DNA from: Alphaproteobacteria bacterium
GTDB lineage: Bacteria; Pseudomonadota; Alphaproteobacteria; Rs-D84
Length of the DNA stretch: 64,000 nucleotides
Assembly (NCBI GenBank): GCA_015062445.1
Contig: SUUQ01000003.1
Coordinates: forward strand, 15,623 to 79,622
Direction of reading: 5' to 3'
Shown here one piece after another: positions 19,280 to 29,615 of this stretch. Position 1 is the first letter of the stretch; every line of letters starts with the position of its first letter. The notes under the pieces were generated by a model. The model had not been told where the DNA came from. It was given only the letters and a program-made list of their open reading frames with translations, and did not search any database. The position numbers were made by a program, and so were the translations under genes.

Positions 19280-19671
19280 TCTATGTTTAATGTAATAATT
19301 GTACTATCGGACCCCTCAGCAACCGCACCTTGACGGGGTTCAGCAGAGAATATTGCATTTGCCCATGTGCGTGTTGCTCCATTCTTGCGATTAACCAAAA
19401 CAAAGTCTATTCTTGTTTCTTCACGATATAATTTACGCAAATATTCGCCCATAGACTTAGTAGATTTGAATTGAAAGGCCTGTTGTATTGGCTGACCGTT
19501 TCCCTCTACATAAACAATACCCAAATCGTCTTCGTTGGTACCGTTTCCACGTGTTAAATGACGGCCTTGTGGATCTGATGCCTCAGGAATTTCATGCAAC
19601 CCCGGAATGTGCGTTGTGACCCCATCTGCAATAAGACTTAAGTCGCAATCTGTTATTGGAAATTTAAACAT
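19240..19671 (-). CDS. Phage structural protein, hypothetical
   Basis: Co-oriented ORF. Confidence 0.4.
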   Translation of the reverse strand: MFKFPITDCDLSLIADGVTTHIPGLHEIPEASDPQGRHLTRGNGTNEDDLGIVYVEGNGQPIQQAFQFKSTKSMGEYLRKLYREETRIDFVLVNRKNGATRTWANAIFSAEPRQGAVAEGSDSTIITLNIECFRIKDTEPKDE

Positions 19672-19682
19672 AATCTATCTCC

Positions 19683-20600
19683 TTATTCTGCCTGAATTGT
19701 TGCTTTGATTCTCCACCAAGCACGTGGTCTTTGCATATCAATTTGCGAAGATGCTTCAAATTCATCTTTTGCCAAATCAACCGTTACGGTCCCATAATCA
19801 ATTTGCCCATCGTTGATATATTGATCCATGACACGTGTTTGCAGGTCCTGCTGTACCAATTTTGCATCTACGATGGTATAATTTGGTTTATTGACCGATG
19901 CATAACGCAACCATTCCGACTGTAAATTGATTTTGATTTCTTCTATAACATAAGGGGCACGAATTGCTTGTCCGCCAGCCACCAAAAATGCCAATCTTGT
20001 GCCATATTGTTCTGAATCCAACCCAAATGAAACACGATCATTAAATTTGCTTTCCGCTAATGCAGATGTTGTTACACCATCAGACACTGGCAGAGTTATA
20101 GCCTGTTGGTCGTTCCATGTATTATCTGACAATAACTTACCGAACGCATAGAACATATTGCGAATATCGCCATTATATGCACAATGATTTACCTTGGCAG
20201 CAAAGGTCTTTGCCTCTGCTTGGGATACAAAGTTTGCCGCAACGACTCCCTTAAACCCTCCTAATTGCAGTGTGGAGATGTCTAATTCTGTGAAATCATC
20301 ACCAATCAAGATGGTAAAACCATCAGTCCAATTATTAATTAATGGTTCTGCATCTTCTAACATCTCTACAGCCAACAGATAAATACCCTGTGTGCTGGCA
20401 TTCATAAAATGCTGTACCGCTTCATCATTTGTAAATTGTGATGCCTGCGTGGCATTTTCAACGAATGTAATCGTATTAGTTTGGGCACCGTCTTTTGCTT
20501 TTACAATCGCCAATGCGTTATGCAAATATCCTGTATTTGCCAGCGATGCAGCGACAGACAGTGACACTTTGAAAAAATAATCTAATAATGCATCAGACAT
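19683..20600 (-). CDS. Phage major tail/tube-like protein, hypothetical
   Basis: 305 aa, sitting between the head-completion genes and the tail genes. Confidence 0.4.
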   Translation of the reverse strand: MSDALLDYFFKVSLSVAASLANTGYLHNALAIVKAKDGAQTNTITFVENATQASQFTNDEAVQHFMNASTQGIYLLAVEMLEDAEPLINNWTDGFTILIGDDFTELDISTLQLGGFKGVVAANFVSQAEAKTFAAKVNHCAYNGDIRNMFYAFGKLLSDNTWNDQQAITLPVSDGVTTSALAESKFNDRVSFGLDSEQYGTRLAFLVAGGQAIRAPYVIEEIKINLQSEWLRYASVNKPNYTIVDAKLVQQDLQTRVMDQYINDGQIDYGTVTVDLAKDEFEASSQIDMQRPRAWWRIKATIQAE

Positions 20601-21015
20601 TTTGTTTCCCTATAATGTTGTAAATCCACTGAATGCCTTTCATCTTTTTCGGTGGATTGTATTGTTCTGTAAATTCAAAGATGAACCCGAACTTTTGGGC
20701 GGTCAGTTGATTGTCGCCGTGGTCAAATCCCTCTTGAATCTTTGTTGTTATAACGAAAGTTCCGGGTGTTTTTTTTCGTGCCAACTGATACTTTTCATAC
20801 AATCTGCCCAACGGCATTTTGCCCAATGGGTTAATTATCATAATTTCTCCGGACACAAAAAATGTTCTTTGGTCTCCGACAGTGCTTTCTGTTACTGGTT
20901 CTGGAATTATCCAAGCACAATTTTGTGTTTTTGCCCCGACCGGTATCCCCCAAACAACTTTTTTCAGGTTAAAAACACTACAAATTTTATTTTCCAATGC
21001 TTTTTTATACGCCAT
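20593..21015 (-). CDS. Phage head-tail joining protein, hypothetical
   Basis: In the position expected for head-completion genes. Confidence 0.35.
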   Translation of the reverse strand: MAYKKALENKICSVFNLKKVVWGIPVGAKTQNCAWIIPEPVTESTVGDQRTFFVSGEIMIINPLGKMPLGRLYEKYQLARKKTPGTFVITTKIQEGFDHGDNQLTAQKFGFIFEFTEQYNPPKKMKGIQWIYNIIGKQNV

Positions 21016-21475
21016 TAGTCAATCTCGCTTTTATCGTATTAAACATTCGTCCAGTACGCACCATTACCCAGTCAAAACCTTTCCACCTAGCATATTTGGT
21101 TTCGTTGGAACCAAATTTGTGTAATGTAATCGGATTACGCAACCATGCCGATAACGCATTTAAATATCTTCGCTTACTTCGGTCATCGTTGGCTGATATT
21201 TGTTCTGCCATAGCGGTGGTAACATCAATCAATGCTCGGTCGTCATGTTCTATCGTATAATCAAACCAGCCATATTTCTTGTCGTTAAATTCGGCAACTT
21301 GAGCAACAGAAACCTTGCTTTGCGGTCCGGTCATCATAGCGGCACCGCCATAAAAAGATTTCAATCCTTTTTTTGCAGTGGCTTCCATTGTGTTATTGTC
21401 AAGAATACCAACCTCAGCCTCGGCACAACGTAAATCATTTTGCGTAATCAATGGGTCGATGTGCGTTACTTTCAT
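21005..21475 (-). CDS. Phage head-tail connector-like protein, hypothetical
   Basis: In the position expected for head-completion genes. Confidence 0.35.
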   Translation of the reverse strand: MKVTHIDPLITQNDLRCAEAEVGILDNNTMEATAKKGLKSFYGGAAMMTGPQSKVSVAQVAEFNDKKYGWFDYTIEHDDRALIDVTTAMAEQISANDDRSKRRYLNALSAWLRNPITLHKFGSNETKYARWKGFDWVMVRTGRMFNTIKARLTNGV

Positions 21476-21481
21476 ATGAAC

Positions 21482-21730
21482 TTATCCTAATGAGGCACCG
21501 ATAAAAACCTCTGATTGTGGGTCTATTTGTGCGTTTTTATCAATTTCGTTATACCAATCCTGCAGGGGATTACCAATAGTTCCACGAGCATTTAATACCG
21601 TCAGCAAATCATCCCGCCAGTAAAATGGACGAATGTTCGCCCATTCGTCATCGGTCAAATTTGGTTCCCCTATGCTCGTTAATTTTAAATCGATTTCATC
21701 ACGTGTGATATTTGTGATGTTTCCTGACAT
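21482..21730 (-). CDS. Phage small head protein, hypothetical
   Basis: Lies downstream of the capsid gene. Confidence 0.35.
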   Translation of the reverse strand: MSGNITNITRDEIDLKLTSIGEPNLTDDEWANIRPFYWRDDLLTVLNARGTIGNPLQDWYNEIDKNAQIDPQSEVFIGASLG

Positions 21731-21756
21731 GATAATCCCCTTAAGTTTATTGGTTA

Positions 21757-22662
21757 TTAGGCCGCAAATTTAACAGCCAGGTTCGTGATGCCACCTTGGA
21801 TACCAGGTTTCAACTGAACAGACCCAATCTTAAAGCGAGACCAATCAAAGTCGCCACTTTCAGATTCATTTGACCCGATCTTGTCCAAATCTGGATATTC
21901 TGTTGTATCCATTTCCATTGTGCCGTTTGCGATAATTGCCAGACCGTTTGCATCAGCCAAATCTGTATCTTTTGTCAGCAATGCTGGAACATCGATAACA
22001 TTTACATATTTAGTACCAAAGCCCTTGATCAGGTAACTACGCAAAGTTGTTGCATCTGTCGCTGTATTGGCATCTGTCAAATATGCCTGCAAGTCTTTAC
22101 CATAAACCAAAACGGTCAATGAGTCGCTTGCAGAATTTGAATCGATAGATTCTTTAATTGCCAAGCCCATATCTTTTACGGCTTTTGCACGTGCTTCGAA
22201 TGTTTCCGATGCCTTTGGCAAAGTTACATCCGCCATAGTTACACGCAACGGATCATCCGCATAAGATTTCAACAAACCTTTGTTGCCGAAACCGCCAACC
22301 ATCGCCATACGGTCCCAAGCGATTGTCAATTCACGGATAATAGCATTGTGGCAAGATTGACGATTGCCGTTCTGCATTTGCGATGTGCGGAATCCTAAAT
22401 ACATACCAACTGCCGCAAATGTTTGACCGATTGGATAAAACTTTGCGTGATTCACTTCTGTCATTTCTGTGTTGAATACAGTTGGAACGATAGAACGAGA
22501 ATCTAAGATATCTTTCTTTGTGATAACCTTATCCGTATTGAAATCGTGTACACGAATTTGAGACTGATAGCCCCCCATCAAAGCCATAGTCAATGACTGA
22601 TACGATGGGACAAGACATTCACGATATTCTTCGATTGTTATTGGAGTTTGACGTTTGTCCAT
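21757..22662 (-). CDS. Major capsid protein candidate
   Basis: 301 aa, downstream of the scaffold and decoration genes, with an RBS-like sequence upstream. Confidence 0.5.
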   Translation of the reverse strand: MDKRQTPITIEEYRECLVPSYQSLTMALMGGYQSQIRVHDFNTDKVITKKDILDSRSIVPTVFNTEMTEVNHAKFYPIGQTFAAVGMYLGFRTSQMQNGNRQSCHNAIIRELTIAWDRMAMVGGFGNKGLLKSYADDPLRVTMADVTLPKASETFEARAKAVKDMGLAIKESIDSNSASDSLTVLVYGKDLQAYLTDANTATDATTLRSYLIKGFGTKYVNVIDVPALLTKDTDLADANGLAIIANGTMEMDTTEYPDLDKIGSNESESGDFDWSRFKIGSVQLKPGIQGGITNLAVKFAA

Positions 22663-22664
22663 AT

Positions 22665-23006
22665 TTATTTACCTTTTGTTTGAAATTGTTTTTTTGCTGC
22701 TTTAGGTGTAATATTTAAAATGCCAAGATTCATAATCTCTGGCACGTTAACATCATCTATTTTGCCACCATCTATGATATCTGATGGGGTTTCGTTGATT
22801 TGCCCCATATCTGTTATCTCTGGTGCCGCCTGTGCAGGGTTTGTATCTGCAGACGGAACATCCGTATTTTCTTCAGGTGCTTTATCCACAGGTGTTACAT
22901 CCACTGGATTTGAAACAGCGGGCATCACACCTGAATTTGTTTCAGGTGTTTGCGCTGGTTGCGTTATCTCTGGTGCCGCCTGTGCAGGGTTTGTTCTCTT
23001 TGCCAT
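22665..23006 (-). CDS. Pro/Ala-rich head protein with duplicated NPAQAAPEIT segment
   Basis: 113 aa. An internal direct repeat of about 27 nt is present at the DNA level. Confidence 0.4.
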   Translation of the reverse strand: MAKRTNPAQAAPEITQPAQTPETNSGVMPAVSNPVDVTPVDKAPEENTDVPSADTNPAQAAPEITDMGQINETPSDIIDGGKIDDVNVPEIMNLGILNITPKAAKKQFQTKGK

Positions 23007-23022
23007 GGCATCCCCCTAAATA

Positions 23023-23478
23023 TTACAAGCCGCCTAAGAAGTTAATGCATACGCATTTGCGGTTGTATGCCCATTTGCCCTTGATGTTTGTGGTAACACC
23101 ATCATCACGCACCTCTGCACTTGCAAAAGTTGCGGCGACCGCTGTGTTCGCAGAACTGTTATCAGTGTCTGATGCTTGCCCCGCTGGTGTTACGAATACC
23201 TGTTTACCAATAACTGGGGTACCAATCGCACTATCTGCCTGAACCCAAACAGTTTTACCTGATTCAACAACAGCAACACTTACATTGCCATGTCCTTTGC
23301 CAGTTACGCCAATCGGGGTGCCGGCATTGACACTTACGTGTTCTTTATCGCCCGACAAACCGACAAACAAGCCTTCTTCTACTTGAGTAGCATTGCCTGT
23401 TTCTGCGCCCTGTAATTTGTAAGACCCTACAACATCGCTTTTCCCACGACGTTCAGGACTGCCTAATACTGTAGCCAT
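23023..23478 (-). CDS. Head decoration/cement protein candidate (DUF2190-like)
   Basis: Gly/Val-rich beta pattern, GLFVGLSGDKEHVSVNAGTPIGVTGKGHGNVSVAVVESGKTVWV, in the position between scaffold and capsid. Confidence 0.4.
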   Translation of the reverse strand: MATVLGSPERRGKSDVVGSYKLQGAETGNATQVEEGLFVGLSGDKEHVSVNAGTPIGVTGKGHGNVSVAVVESGKTVWVQADSAIGTPVIGKQVFVTPAGQASDTDNSSANTAVAATFASAEVRDDGVTTNIKGKWAYNRKCVCINFLGGL

Positions 23479-23509
23479 AATTAATCCTTTGTTTTATTAA
23501 TGTGTTAGT

Positions 23510-24121
23510 TTATTCCTGGGCTTTTTTGGTTGGAACCATTATATGCTTGGGAATTTCTCTGTTTGAACTGGAACCAGCAGAATTTGCAATGGCGATTTGC
23601 TTTGCTTTTTTCATTTGCTTATTAATTTCTAGTCCAGATTCAATAACTGTCCAATATTTTGCTGATTGTGCTCGTTTATCCGCTTCTGTCAGCCCACGAT
23701 AGTGTTCTATTTCAGCCTTGGAACCATCGGGCAAATTGTCTATATTTGCTTGCAACTGGATAAACTGATCTATCAAGTTTTTACGAAACTCGTTTGCACG
23801 ATCAACTTCGTTTTCGTTTTTGGTGTTGTTGGTCAGTATTTCCATCAACTTTTCGCCAATAACACCACCAAATGCTTCTGCATTCTCTTTTACAAAAGAA
23901 TGCACCATGCCGTTAAACTTTACACTGTTGGCAATAGCGGACTCTCTGGCCTTATTTGCAGCATCTTCTGCGGCCGCTTTTTGTGCTTTTGCGATAATGT
24001 CATCATCGTCATTATTGTTTTTGGGATCGCCATCATTGTTGCCATGTGATTTTAATTTATCGTCAACAACTCCCGTAATTAAATCTCGGATTTTATCTAA
24101 ATCCTCTTGTTCTAATGCCAT
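23510..24121 (-). CDS. Scaffolding protein candidate
   Basis: Highly charged and helical, with an acidic DDDD tract, positioned upstream of the capsid gene. Confidence 0.5.
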   Translation of the reverse strand: MALEQEDLDKIRDLITGVVDDKLKSHGNNDGDPKNNNDDDDIIAKAQKAAAEDAANKARESAIANSVKFNGMVHSFVKENAEAFGGVIGEKLMEILTNNTKNENEVDRANEFRKNLIDQFIQLQANIDNLPDGSKAEIEHYRGLTEADKRAQSAKYWTVIESGLEINKQMKKAKQIAIANSAGSSSNREIPKHIMVPTKKAQE

Positions 24122-24145
24122 ATTGCTTTCTCCTATGGGTTTGTA

Positions 24146-24682
24146 TTATTCAACGGCTTTTTCCAGCCACTCAATTCCGCATTGACATCCGTAACGTTCA
24201 CCCGGCATATTGCCGTCTTTATCGCCATCGCCAACCGGAAAAATGCGACCGTATAAAACCTGATGTTCAGGGTCCGGATTTACAGCAGAACTGGGCAACC
24301 AACGGTAATATCCACCTTTGTGCTCTTTTTTTTCTGCCTGAACTTGTGCATATACAACTGCATCTCGCACACGTTGCTTTAATAACACACCGTCCTTGAT
24401 TGCTTCCGTTTTATATGCTTTGATCCCCATTTTTTCCAAAATGCGGCCACGTGCTTTATATCCGGCCAAAACAGCAGAAATCGTTTCTGTCAAATCCTTA
24501 TTTGTAATCGCAGAACGGGCCACTAATGTTTTGATTATCCGTTTCTGAACAGTCAGATTATTCAGCCCGCCTGAGACAAAATTTTTGTTCCATGTCTTTT
24601 CGGGCAGAATCTCGTTTAAGAAATCGTCAGGCATAAATCGCCCAACGACCTTATATTTATTTTTCTTTACTCTGCGAGCCAT
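24146..24682 (-). CDS. Minor head protein, Mu F / SPP1 gp7 family
   Basis: C-terminal ERYGCQCGIEW resembles the HPNCRC signature of the family. Lies next to the portal gene. Confidence 0.5.
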   Translation of the reverse strand: MARRVKKNKYKVVGRFMPDDFLNEILPEKTWNKNFVSGGLNNLTVQKRIIKTLVARSAITNKDLTETISAVLAGYKARGRILEKMGIKAYKTEAIKDGVLLKQRVRDAVVYAQVQAEKKEHKGGYYRWLPSSAVNPDPEHQVLYGRIFPVGDGDKDGNMPGERYGCQCGIEWLEKAVE

Positions 24683-25688
24683 CTTTTATCTCCAAGATTT
24701 TTGTCGCAAATTCTCGTATTTCATCAGGGGTTAAAGAATCCAATGCCTCTAAGGTGGCAACTGTACGCACCTTGGATTCCAGCGCACGCCATTTTTCTTG
24801 ACGATACTCAACTTGCTTAATGCCGTACAGATTTGTAAGTATCGGTTTCCAAATAGATAAGAAATATGGTTCTATTGCTTCTGATTCTCGGTTTATATCT
24901 GCATCTCCAATAACAGATGCACCTGTGGTGGCAACACCAGAGATGTATGCGAATGGCAATCCTGTTTCCTGTGTAATTTCAGAATATATTTCGTCTCTGG
25001 CCACAACCAACGGATCTGTGTTTACAGATGACATTGCTTCAACCCTGTCGTTCGCATCCAACAATACTGGGTCTCCATTACGCAGCGCATCCACAATCGC
25101 ACGTGCCTGTTTTATCGCAGAATCAGCATCCGCCTTATTAATCATTTCTCGCAAATTGGATATCTGCAATTTCAAGGATGCAGACACATTTACCGCAGTT
25201 GTCCGAGACATATTTACCATATATAACTGCAAATAATAGTGTCTAAGGATTTTGGTTAATTCATAATCCTTGAAACTGATGATGATTCCTTGGCTAGATT
25301 TTGAAACCAAATCATAATCTTTTTTGATAAGATTTGTTTCCGTTTTTGTCGCTTCTCTCAGAACACCATCTCGCCATACCAATGCCTTAGTGCCACCACT
25401 AAACATTGTACTGGCTATGTACGATACTAGCCCCTTGTTGTTTTCACTGTTTTCAAAGCAATCATAAAAACTACGTTCTATTATTGCTTTGCTTTTATGA
25501 TCCCATATTGAACGTTTTATACAATCACGCAATATGCGTTTGTATAACCCCTCAATCTTCAATCTTATAAAAACATCAGCCGAAACCTCGGTTTTAAATG
25601 GATATTTCTGATCTAAAGAGATGTCGGAATTTGCACGTCCCACCAATCGGGCAAAACCATTATTTATTCTATCTGAAAAAGAAGCCAT
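24657..25688 (-). CDS. Portal protein candidate
   Basis: Immediately downstream of terL and upstream of the MuF-like gene. At 343 aa it is short for a portal. Confidence 0.45.
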   Translation of the reverse strand: MASFSDRINNGFARLVGRANSDISLDQKYPFKTEVSADVFIRLKIEGLYKRILRDCIKRSIWDHKSKAIIERSFYDCFENSENNKGLVSYIASTMFSGGTKALVWRDGVLREATKTETNLIKKDYDLVSKSSQGIIISFKDYELTKILRHYYLQLYMVNMSRTTAVNVSASLKLQISNLREMINKADADSAIKQARAIVDALRNGDPVLLDANDRVEAMSSVNTDPLVVARDEIYSEITQETGLPFAYISGVATTGASVIGDADINRESEAIEPYFLSIWKPILTNLYGIKQVEYRQEKWRALESKVRTVATLEALDSLTPDEIREFATKILEIKDGSQSKEK

Positions 25689-25689
25689 A

Positions 25690-27060
25690 TTATTTCTCCA
25701 CTCGTATTAACCGCATCGCCTCCATAAGTCCTGCAACAGAGTCCGGAGCATCGTCGTGCGATGCAGAAGCATCATAATCACACACCTGTGACACAAACTC
25801 TCGGTTTTCTGCCACATCATCAAACGTAACGATATCTACAGAATTACAAAAAGCCGCCGCCGCTTGTATGCGTGCAATTTTCGGCATAGTATTATGAACT
25901 CCTCGTACAGAAACAAGGCCGCCCATACTTTCGTTGCTTAATTCTCGTGCGAGTCTTACCGGCATATCGCCGACACCGTTTGTTTCTATCGTTATATCGG
26001 AAACCCCAAAATACTGACAATATTTCAAGAAATCTCCATTATCAAAGATTTCATAATATGGTTTTTTCCAAACAAAACCCGTTATCTGCAATCTTTGAAA
26101 GCACATAGCACCTATGCAAAATGCTGTATAGTCGCCCCCTTTGTGCGATGGGTCCAAGTATGCAAAAACTGTCCCATTTGGATTCCAGTCGTCTTTTTTT
26201 GTTATCTTGGCAAACAAAGATTCATTGGCCGCTGATAAATCCAACTCATAGTTAATTGCGTAAAGTTCTGGGGCCATAGACCGCTTTTTCTGTTCTAACT
26301 GTGCCGCTGTGAACAGTCCCGTCACTCCAACTGGGTATTTGTGCACATTTTTAAATCGGGTGGTTCCATCATTACGGTGCCAAGGGGTGCAAAAATTAGC
26401 CCTGACACCACCACGATTTAACGTATTTTCCAGTTCATCAAGAAATCTATGTGTTTTTGTTCGTTCTGCCTCGCTGTATCGGTCATCCTTATCAACAATG
26501 TCGTCTGTCGTGACATCATTAAAGTGCTTTCCTGTGATACTACCGTTAATTCCGCATCCATACAATGCAGACTCTCCCTTGATGGGCTGATAATAATTCG
26601 TGTCTATCTCAGTGTCTGTGGCACGTGTTAAAACGATTGGGAACCCCCATATCATTTCAGATAATTTTACCAGTGGCAAAGAACGCAGATGTCGTTGCGT
26701 GCCTCGCACAACCTCACGCACCTTTTCGTCTGTTTTGCGAAAGAAACCATAATTTCGCCTTGGAAACAAAATCAATTTAAGGGCAAGCCCGACACATAAA
26801 ACAGATGTTTTAAAACTTTCACGATGCCCCATTATCGTAATTTCACTTGAATTACGCAAAAAATCAACTAGCCATTGCCCATGCATTTCGCTGGTATCAG
26901 TCAATCCTAGTTTGTGCAACAACGCAACCGGTTGATTAAAAATATAATCAACTGCCGCCTGTCTTCTTTTTTTCTGGGAATAAGATTTCGTTTTCAAAAC
27001 TATCGGCCTCATTTTGGTCAATATGGCCCATAACCTCAACTTTGTCGGTGGGTTTTTCAC
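25690..27060 (-). CDS. terL: Terminase large subunit
   Basis: Walker A-like MGHRESFKTS and a nuclease domain (FAYLDPSHKGGDYTAFCI, HDDAPDSVAGL). Confidence 0.8.
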   Translation of the reverse strand: MKNPPTKLRLWAILTKMRPIVLKTKSYSQKKRRQAAVDYIFNQPVALLHKLGLTDTSEMHGQWLVDFLRNSSEITIMGHRESFKTSVLCVGLALKLILFPRRNYGFFRKTDEKVREVVRGTQRHLRSLPLVKLSEMIWGFPIVLTRATDTEIDTNYYQPIKGESALYGCGINGSITGKHFNDVTTDDIVDKDDRYSEAERTKTHRFLDELENTLNRGGVRANFCTPWHRNDGTTRFKNVHKYPVGVTGLFTAAQLEQKKRSMAPELYAINYELDLSAANESLFAKITKKDDWNPNGTVFAYLDPSHKGGDYTAFCIGAMCFQRLQITGFVWKKPYYEIFDNGDFLKYCQYFGVSDITIETNGVGDMPVRLARELSNESMGGLVSVRGVHNTMPKIARIQAAAAFCNSVDIVTFDDVAENREFVSQVCDYDASASHDDAPDSVAGLMEAMRLIRVEK

Positions 27061-27286
27061 CCAAGGTGTCCCTTATCGCTTCATAAGCCCGAACATCACC
27101 AGACACTGCCTTATCTATCAAGGCCTGCGTAACCGCATCCAGCGAATTGCCAATCAGTTTTTCCAGTGCCTCACGCATCAGTTTTTTCTTTTGACGTGCT
27201 TCGCCAGATTTTTTTCCGCCATTTCGACCTCGGTTTCTTGCTTCTTCCTTGGTTCGCACCGGCTTAAGATTGTTTTTTGTTGCCAT
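26948..27286 (-). CDS. terS: Terminase small subunit candidate
   Basis: Basic N-terminus and helical, immediately upstream of and overlapping terL. Confidence 0.5.
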   Translation of the reverse strand: MATKNNLKPVRTKEEARNRGRNGGKKSGEARQKKKLMREALEKLIGNSLDAVTQALIDKAVSGDVRAYEAIRDTLGEKPTDKVEVMGHIDQNEADSFENEILFPEKKKTGGS

Positions 27287-27677
27287 ATTTTATCTCTGTT
27301 TAATAATTTTAAGGATGGGGCGGGAAAGGAGGATCAAGAATTGTTCTGCAAATGCAATCACTGAAGCACACAAGGTGCAAATAAAAAACCGCCCCACAAA
27401 AAACCTCCGTTATCCCTTTCGGGGCGGAGGTGGAACATCTGTATCAATAGATCACGTGTCGTAAAACCTAGTGGGCCGGTGTAGCAAAACGAATTACGAG
27501 AACCGTTTTCCGACCCATACGTAAATGAATTATTATACAATAACTCATTATGATGTATTGTAATCTATAAATCGTAAAAAGTCAAGACAAATCAAATGTA
27601 ACCTATTGAAAAACCGCAGAAATCAGCATATTACAAAACACAAATCGGGGGACTTTTTTTAGGTTCAGAAAAATGTC

Positions 27678-28286
27678 TTATTTTATGGTTTCGATGTTTT
27701 TACATATGCTTATCGTGGCGGCATAAATTATTTCTTCATCGGTTGGCAACTGATGGTCGGTATTTTTTATCTGTACTTGCCAATTTGCGTATAGAAATTT
27801 ATACCATTTACTGGACATGCTGATCGGGATTCCTGTAATATTCTTTGCCTGTTCATTTCTTTCATTTATCTTATTGGCCGCAGTCAATTTATCCAACGCA
27901 TCTTTCCACTGAACAAATGCCTCAAAGTAATCGGCAGAATATGTTGCGACCACTGGATCTCTTCGATATGTCAACTCATTTATTGAATCTACAAAATTTT
28001 CAAACCCATATAAAAACAACTGATTGCTGACCCCGTTTTGTTCTGCAATATTCATAATCTTGAAAATATATGATGGCGTACTGTTATATGTTGTGGCTAA
28101 TCCAATAAGAGATTGAGCAATATTTGACAATTCTTCTATTTCCGATGGTATTGAATCAACGTCTGTGTTATCGCAAATGGAAAAATCGTATTTTGGATAA
28201 TCAAACACGGGATGATTTGGTTCTTGTCGTTGGGGGATGGCTGTGCAACCGAACAAAGCAAAACCCAGAGCGACCAAAAAACGCAT
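27678..28286 (-). CDS. Prophage-encoded lipoprotein (possible superinfection-exclusion or moron)
   Basis: Signal with lipobox ALGFALFGC|T. Co-transcribed downstream of the repressor gene. Confidence 0.55.
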   Translation of the reverse strand: MRFLVALGFALFGCTAIPQRQEPNHPVFDYPKYDFSICDNTDVDSIPSEIEELSNIAQSLIGLATTYNSTPSYIFKIMNIAEQNGVSNQLFLYGFENFVDSINELTYRRDPVVATYSADYFEAFVQWKDALDKLTAANKINERNEQAKNITGIPISMSSKWYKFLYANWQVQIKNTDHQLPTDEEIIYAATISICKNIETIK

Positions 28287-28769
28287 TTATCTATCCTTTC
28301 TTGTAAATACTGCGGAGTTTATCGCCAGCATGCCGGACAATATTTCTTTGATACGAATTGGATCCTGATAATTTCTTTCTGAGAAATGTTTTACCAACTG
28401 TTTGCGTTGCTCGGAAGACATCGTCAGACAATTTTCAGACAAAAACTCATCTATTGCATCAATTATATCAACCAACAGGGCAGAATCTATTGTTGTAACG
28501 GCTTCAGATGTTCCGGATTCTAAATTAATTTGATTTGTCCAATCGTTATTATATGCCATTAAATTATTCACAGGGATACGCAGTAATTCCGCAACCCGTG
28601 GAATTTTATCTTGCGGGAAATTACGTATCTTACCACCATTGACAGGTGTTCCTTTGATCATTTCAGACAATCTTGTCGGGGCCCACGCAATAGCATTAGC
28701 AAATGCCAAATTCGTTGTAAAGCCGCATTTTTTTATTCTGTCTGGCAACCAGTCCCACTTTTTGTCCAT
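28287..28769 (-). CDS. CI-like phage repressor (HTH) candidate
   Basis: HTH-like GFTTNLAFANAIAWAPTRLSEMIKG. Divergent from the early operon, with a palindromic operator in the intergenic region. Confidence 0.55.
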   Translation of the reverse strand: MDKKWDWLPDRIKKCGFTTNLAFANAIAWAPTRLSEMIKGTPVNGGKIRNFPQDKIPRVAELLRIPVNNLMAYNNDWTNQINLESGTSEAVTTIDSALLVDIIDAIDEFLSENCLTMSSEQRKQLVKHFSERNYQDPIRIKEILSGMLAINSAVFTRKDR

Positions 28770-28842
28770 AATTACATCCTTTGCCTATAATTTTATCATT
28801 TTGCTCCCCTTTCTCAATTCCATTATTGTGTAATTTTTAACC

Positions 28843-28871
28843 TTGACTAACTTACATTATAATGTAATAAT
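28843..28871 (+). promoter_or_regulatory. Early rightward promoter (TTGACT-17-AATAAT) with embedded operator palindrome TTACATTATAATGTAA (28852-28867)
   Basis: A perfect 16-bp palindrome fills the -35/-10 spacer. Related sites recur at 32544-32612. Confidence 0.45.
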
Positions 28872-28956
28872 TTACACCAAGGAAAGGAAAAATTATGAAA
28901 ACACCAACTTATGCGTTGTGTGCATCAGCGGTTCCTTTGAATAAAGGATAACGCAG

Positions 28957-29595
28957 ATGTCCCAAAAAGCAAATGTTTATGATATCTTTCAGCGACTATC
29001 TGCTGAAAAACAACATAAAATTGCTATGGCAATCACAGAATATTTGTTTGCCGATATTCCTTTATGCTCTGAAGACGAAACAATTCAAGTCATTTTCTCT
29101 TTTATTCAACCTATGCTACGTCCAGTTCGCTCCGGTCGTGGTGGTTCCCGTATTGGTGCGGGTCGTAAATCAAAAGAATCAAAAGATTGTTTGAATTCAA
29201 ACAAAGAACAAATTAATACACTTCCCCCCACACCCCCCATTACAGACAATTACAATCCAGATATATATAATAATATTATTAATAATAATATAACTACAGA
29301 CTGTATAAAAACACAGGTTTCAAAAGAATCAAAAAAATCAAACGACTGTTTGATTTCTGTGAAAAAAAATTCCCATACAACAACCAAGTTTATTCCGCCA
29401 ACCATAGAACAAGTTGCCGAATATTGCAAAGAACGCAACAACAACGTAGATCCGGAACATTTTGTCGCTTTCTATGAAGCAAAGGGATGGCAGATAGGAA
29501 AAAATCCTATGCGTAACTGGCGTGCGGCAATCGTCACATGGGAAAAACGCAACAATACACAACAACATAACACCAATGATGATTTTCATCTGTAA
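28957..29595 (+). CDS. Phage replication-associated protein with conserved phage C-terminus (Phg_2220_C-like)
   Basis: C-terminal EHFVAFYEAKGWQIGKNPMRNWRAAIVTWEKR matches the F..YY...GW......M.DW.A..R.W pattern. Confidence 0.5.
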   Translation: MSQKANVYDIFQRLSAEKQHKIAMAITEYLFADIPLCSEDETIQVIFSFIQPMLRPVRSGRGGSRIGAGRKSKESKDCLNSNKEQINTLPPTPPITDNYNPDIYNNIINNNITTDCIKTQVSKESKKSNDCLISVKKNSHTTTKFIPPTIEQVAEYCKERNNNVDPEHFVAFYEAKGWQIGKNPMRNWRAAIVTWEKRNNTQQHNTNDDFHL

Positions 29596-29615
29596 AAAAA
29601 TACGCAGGAGGGAAC

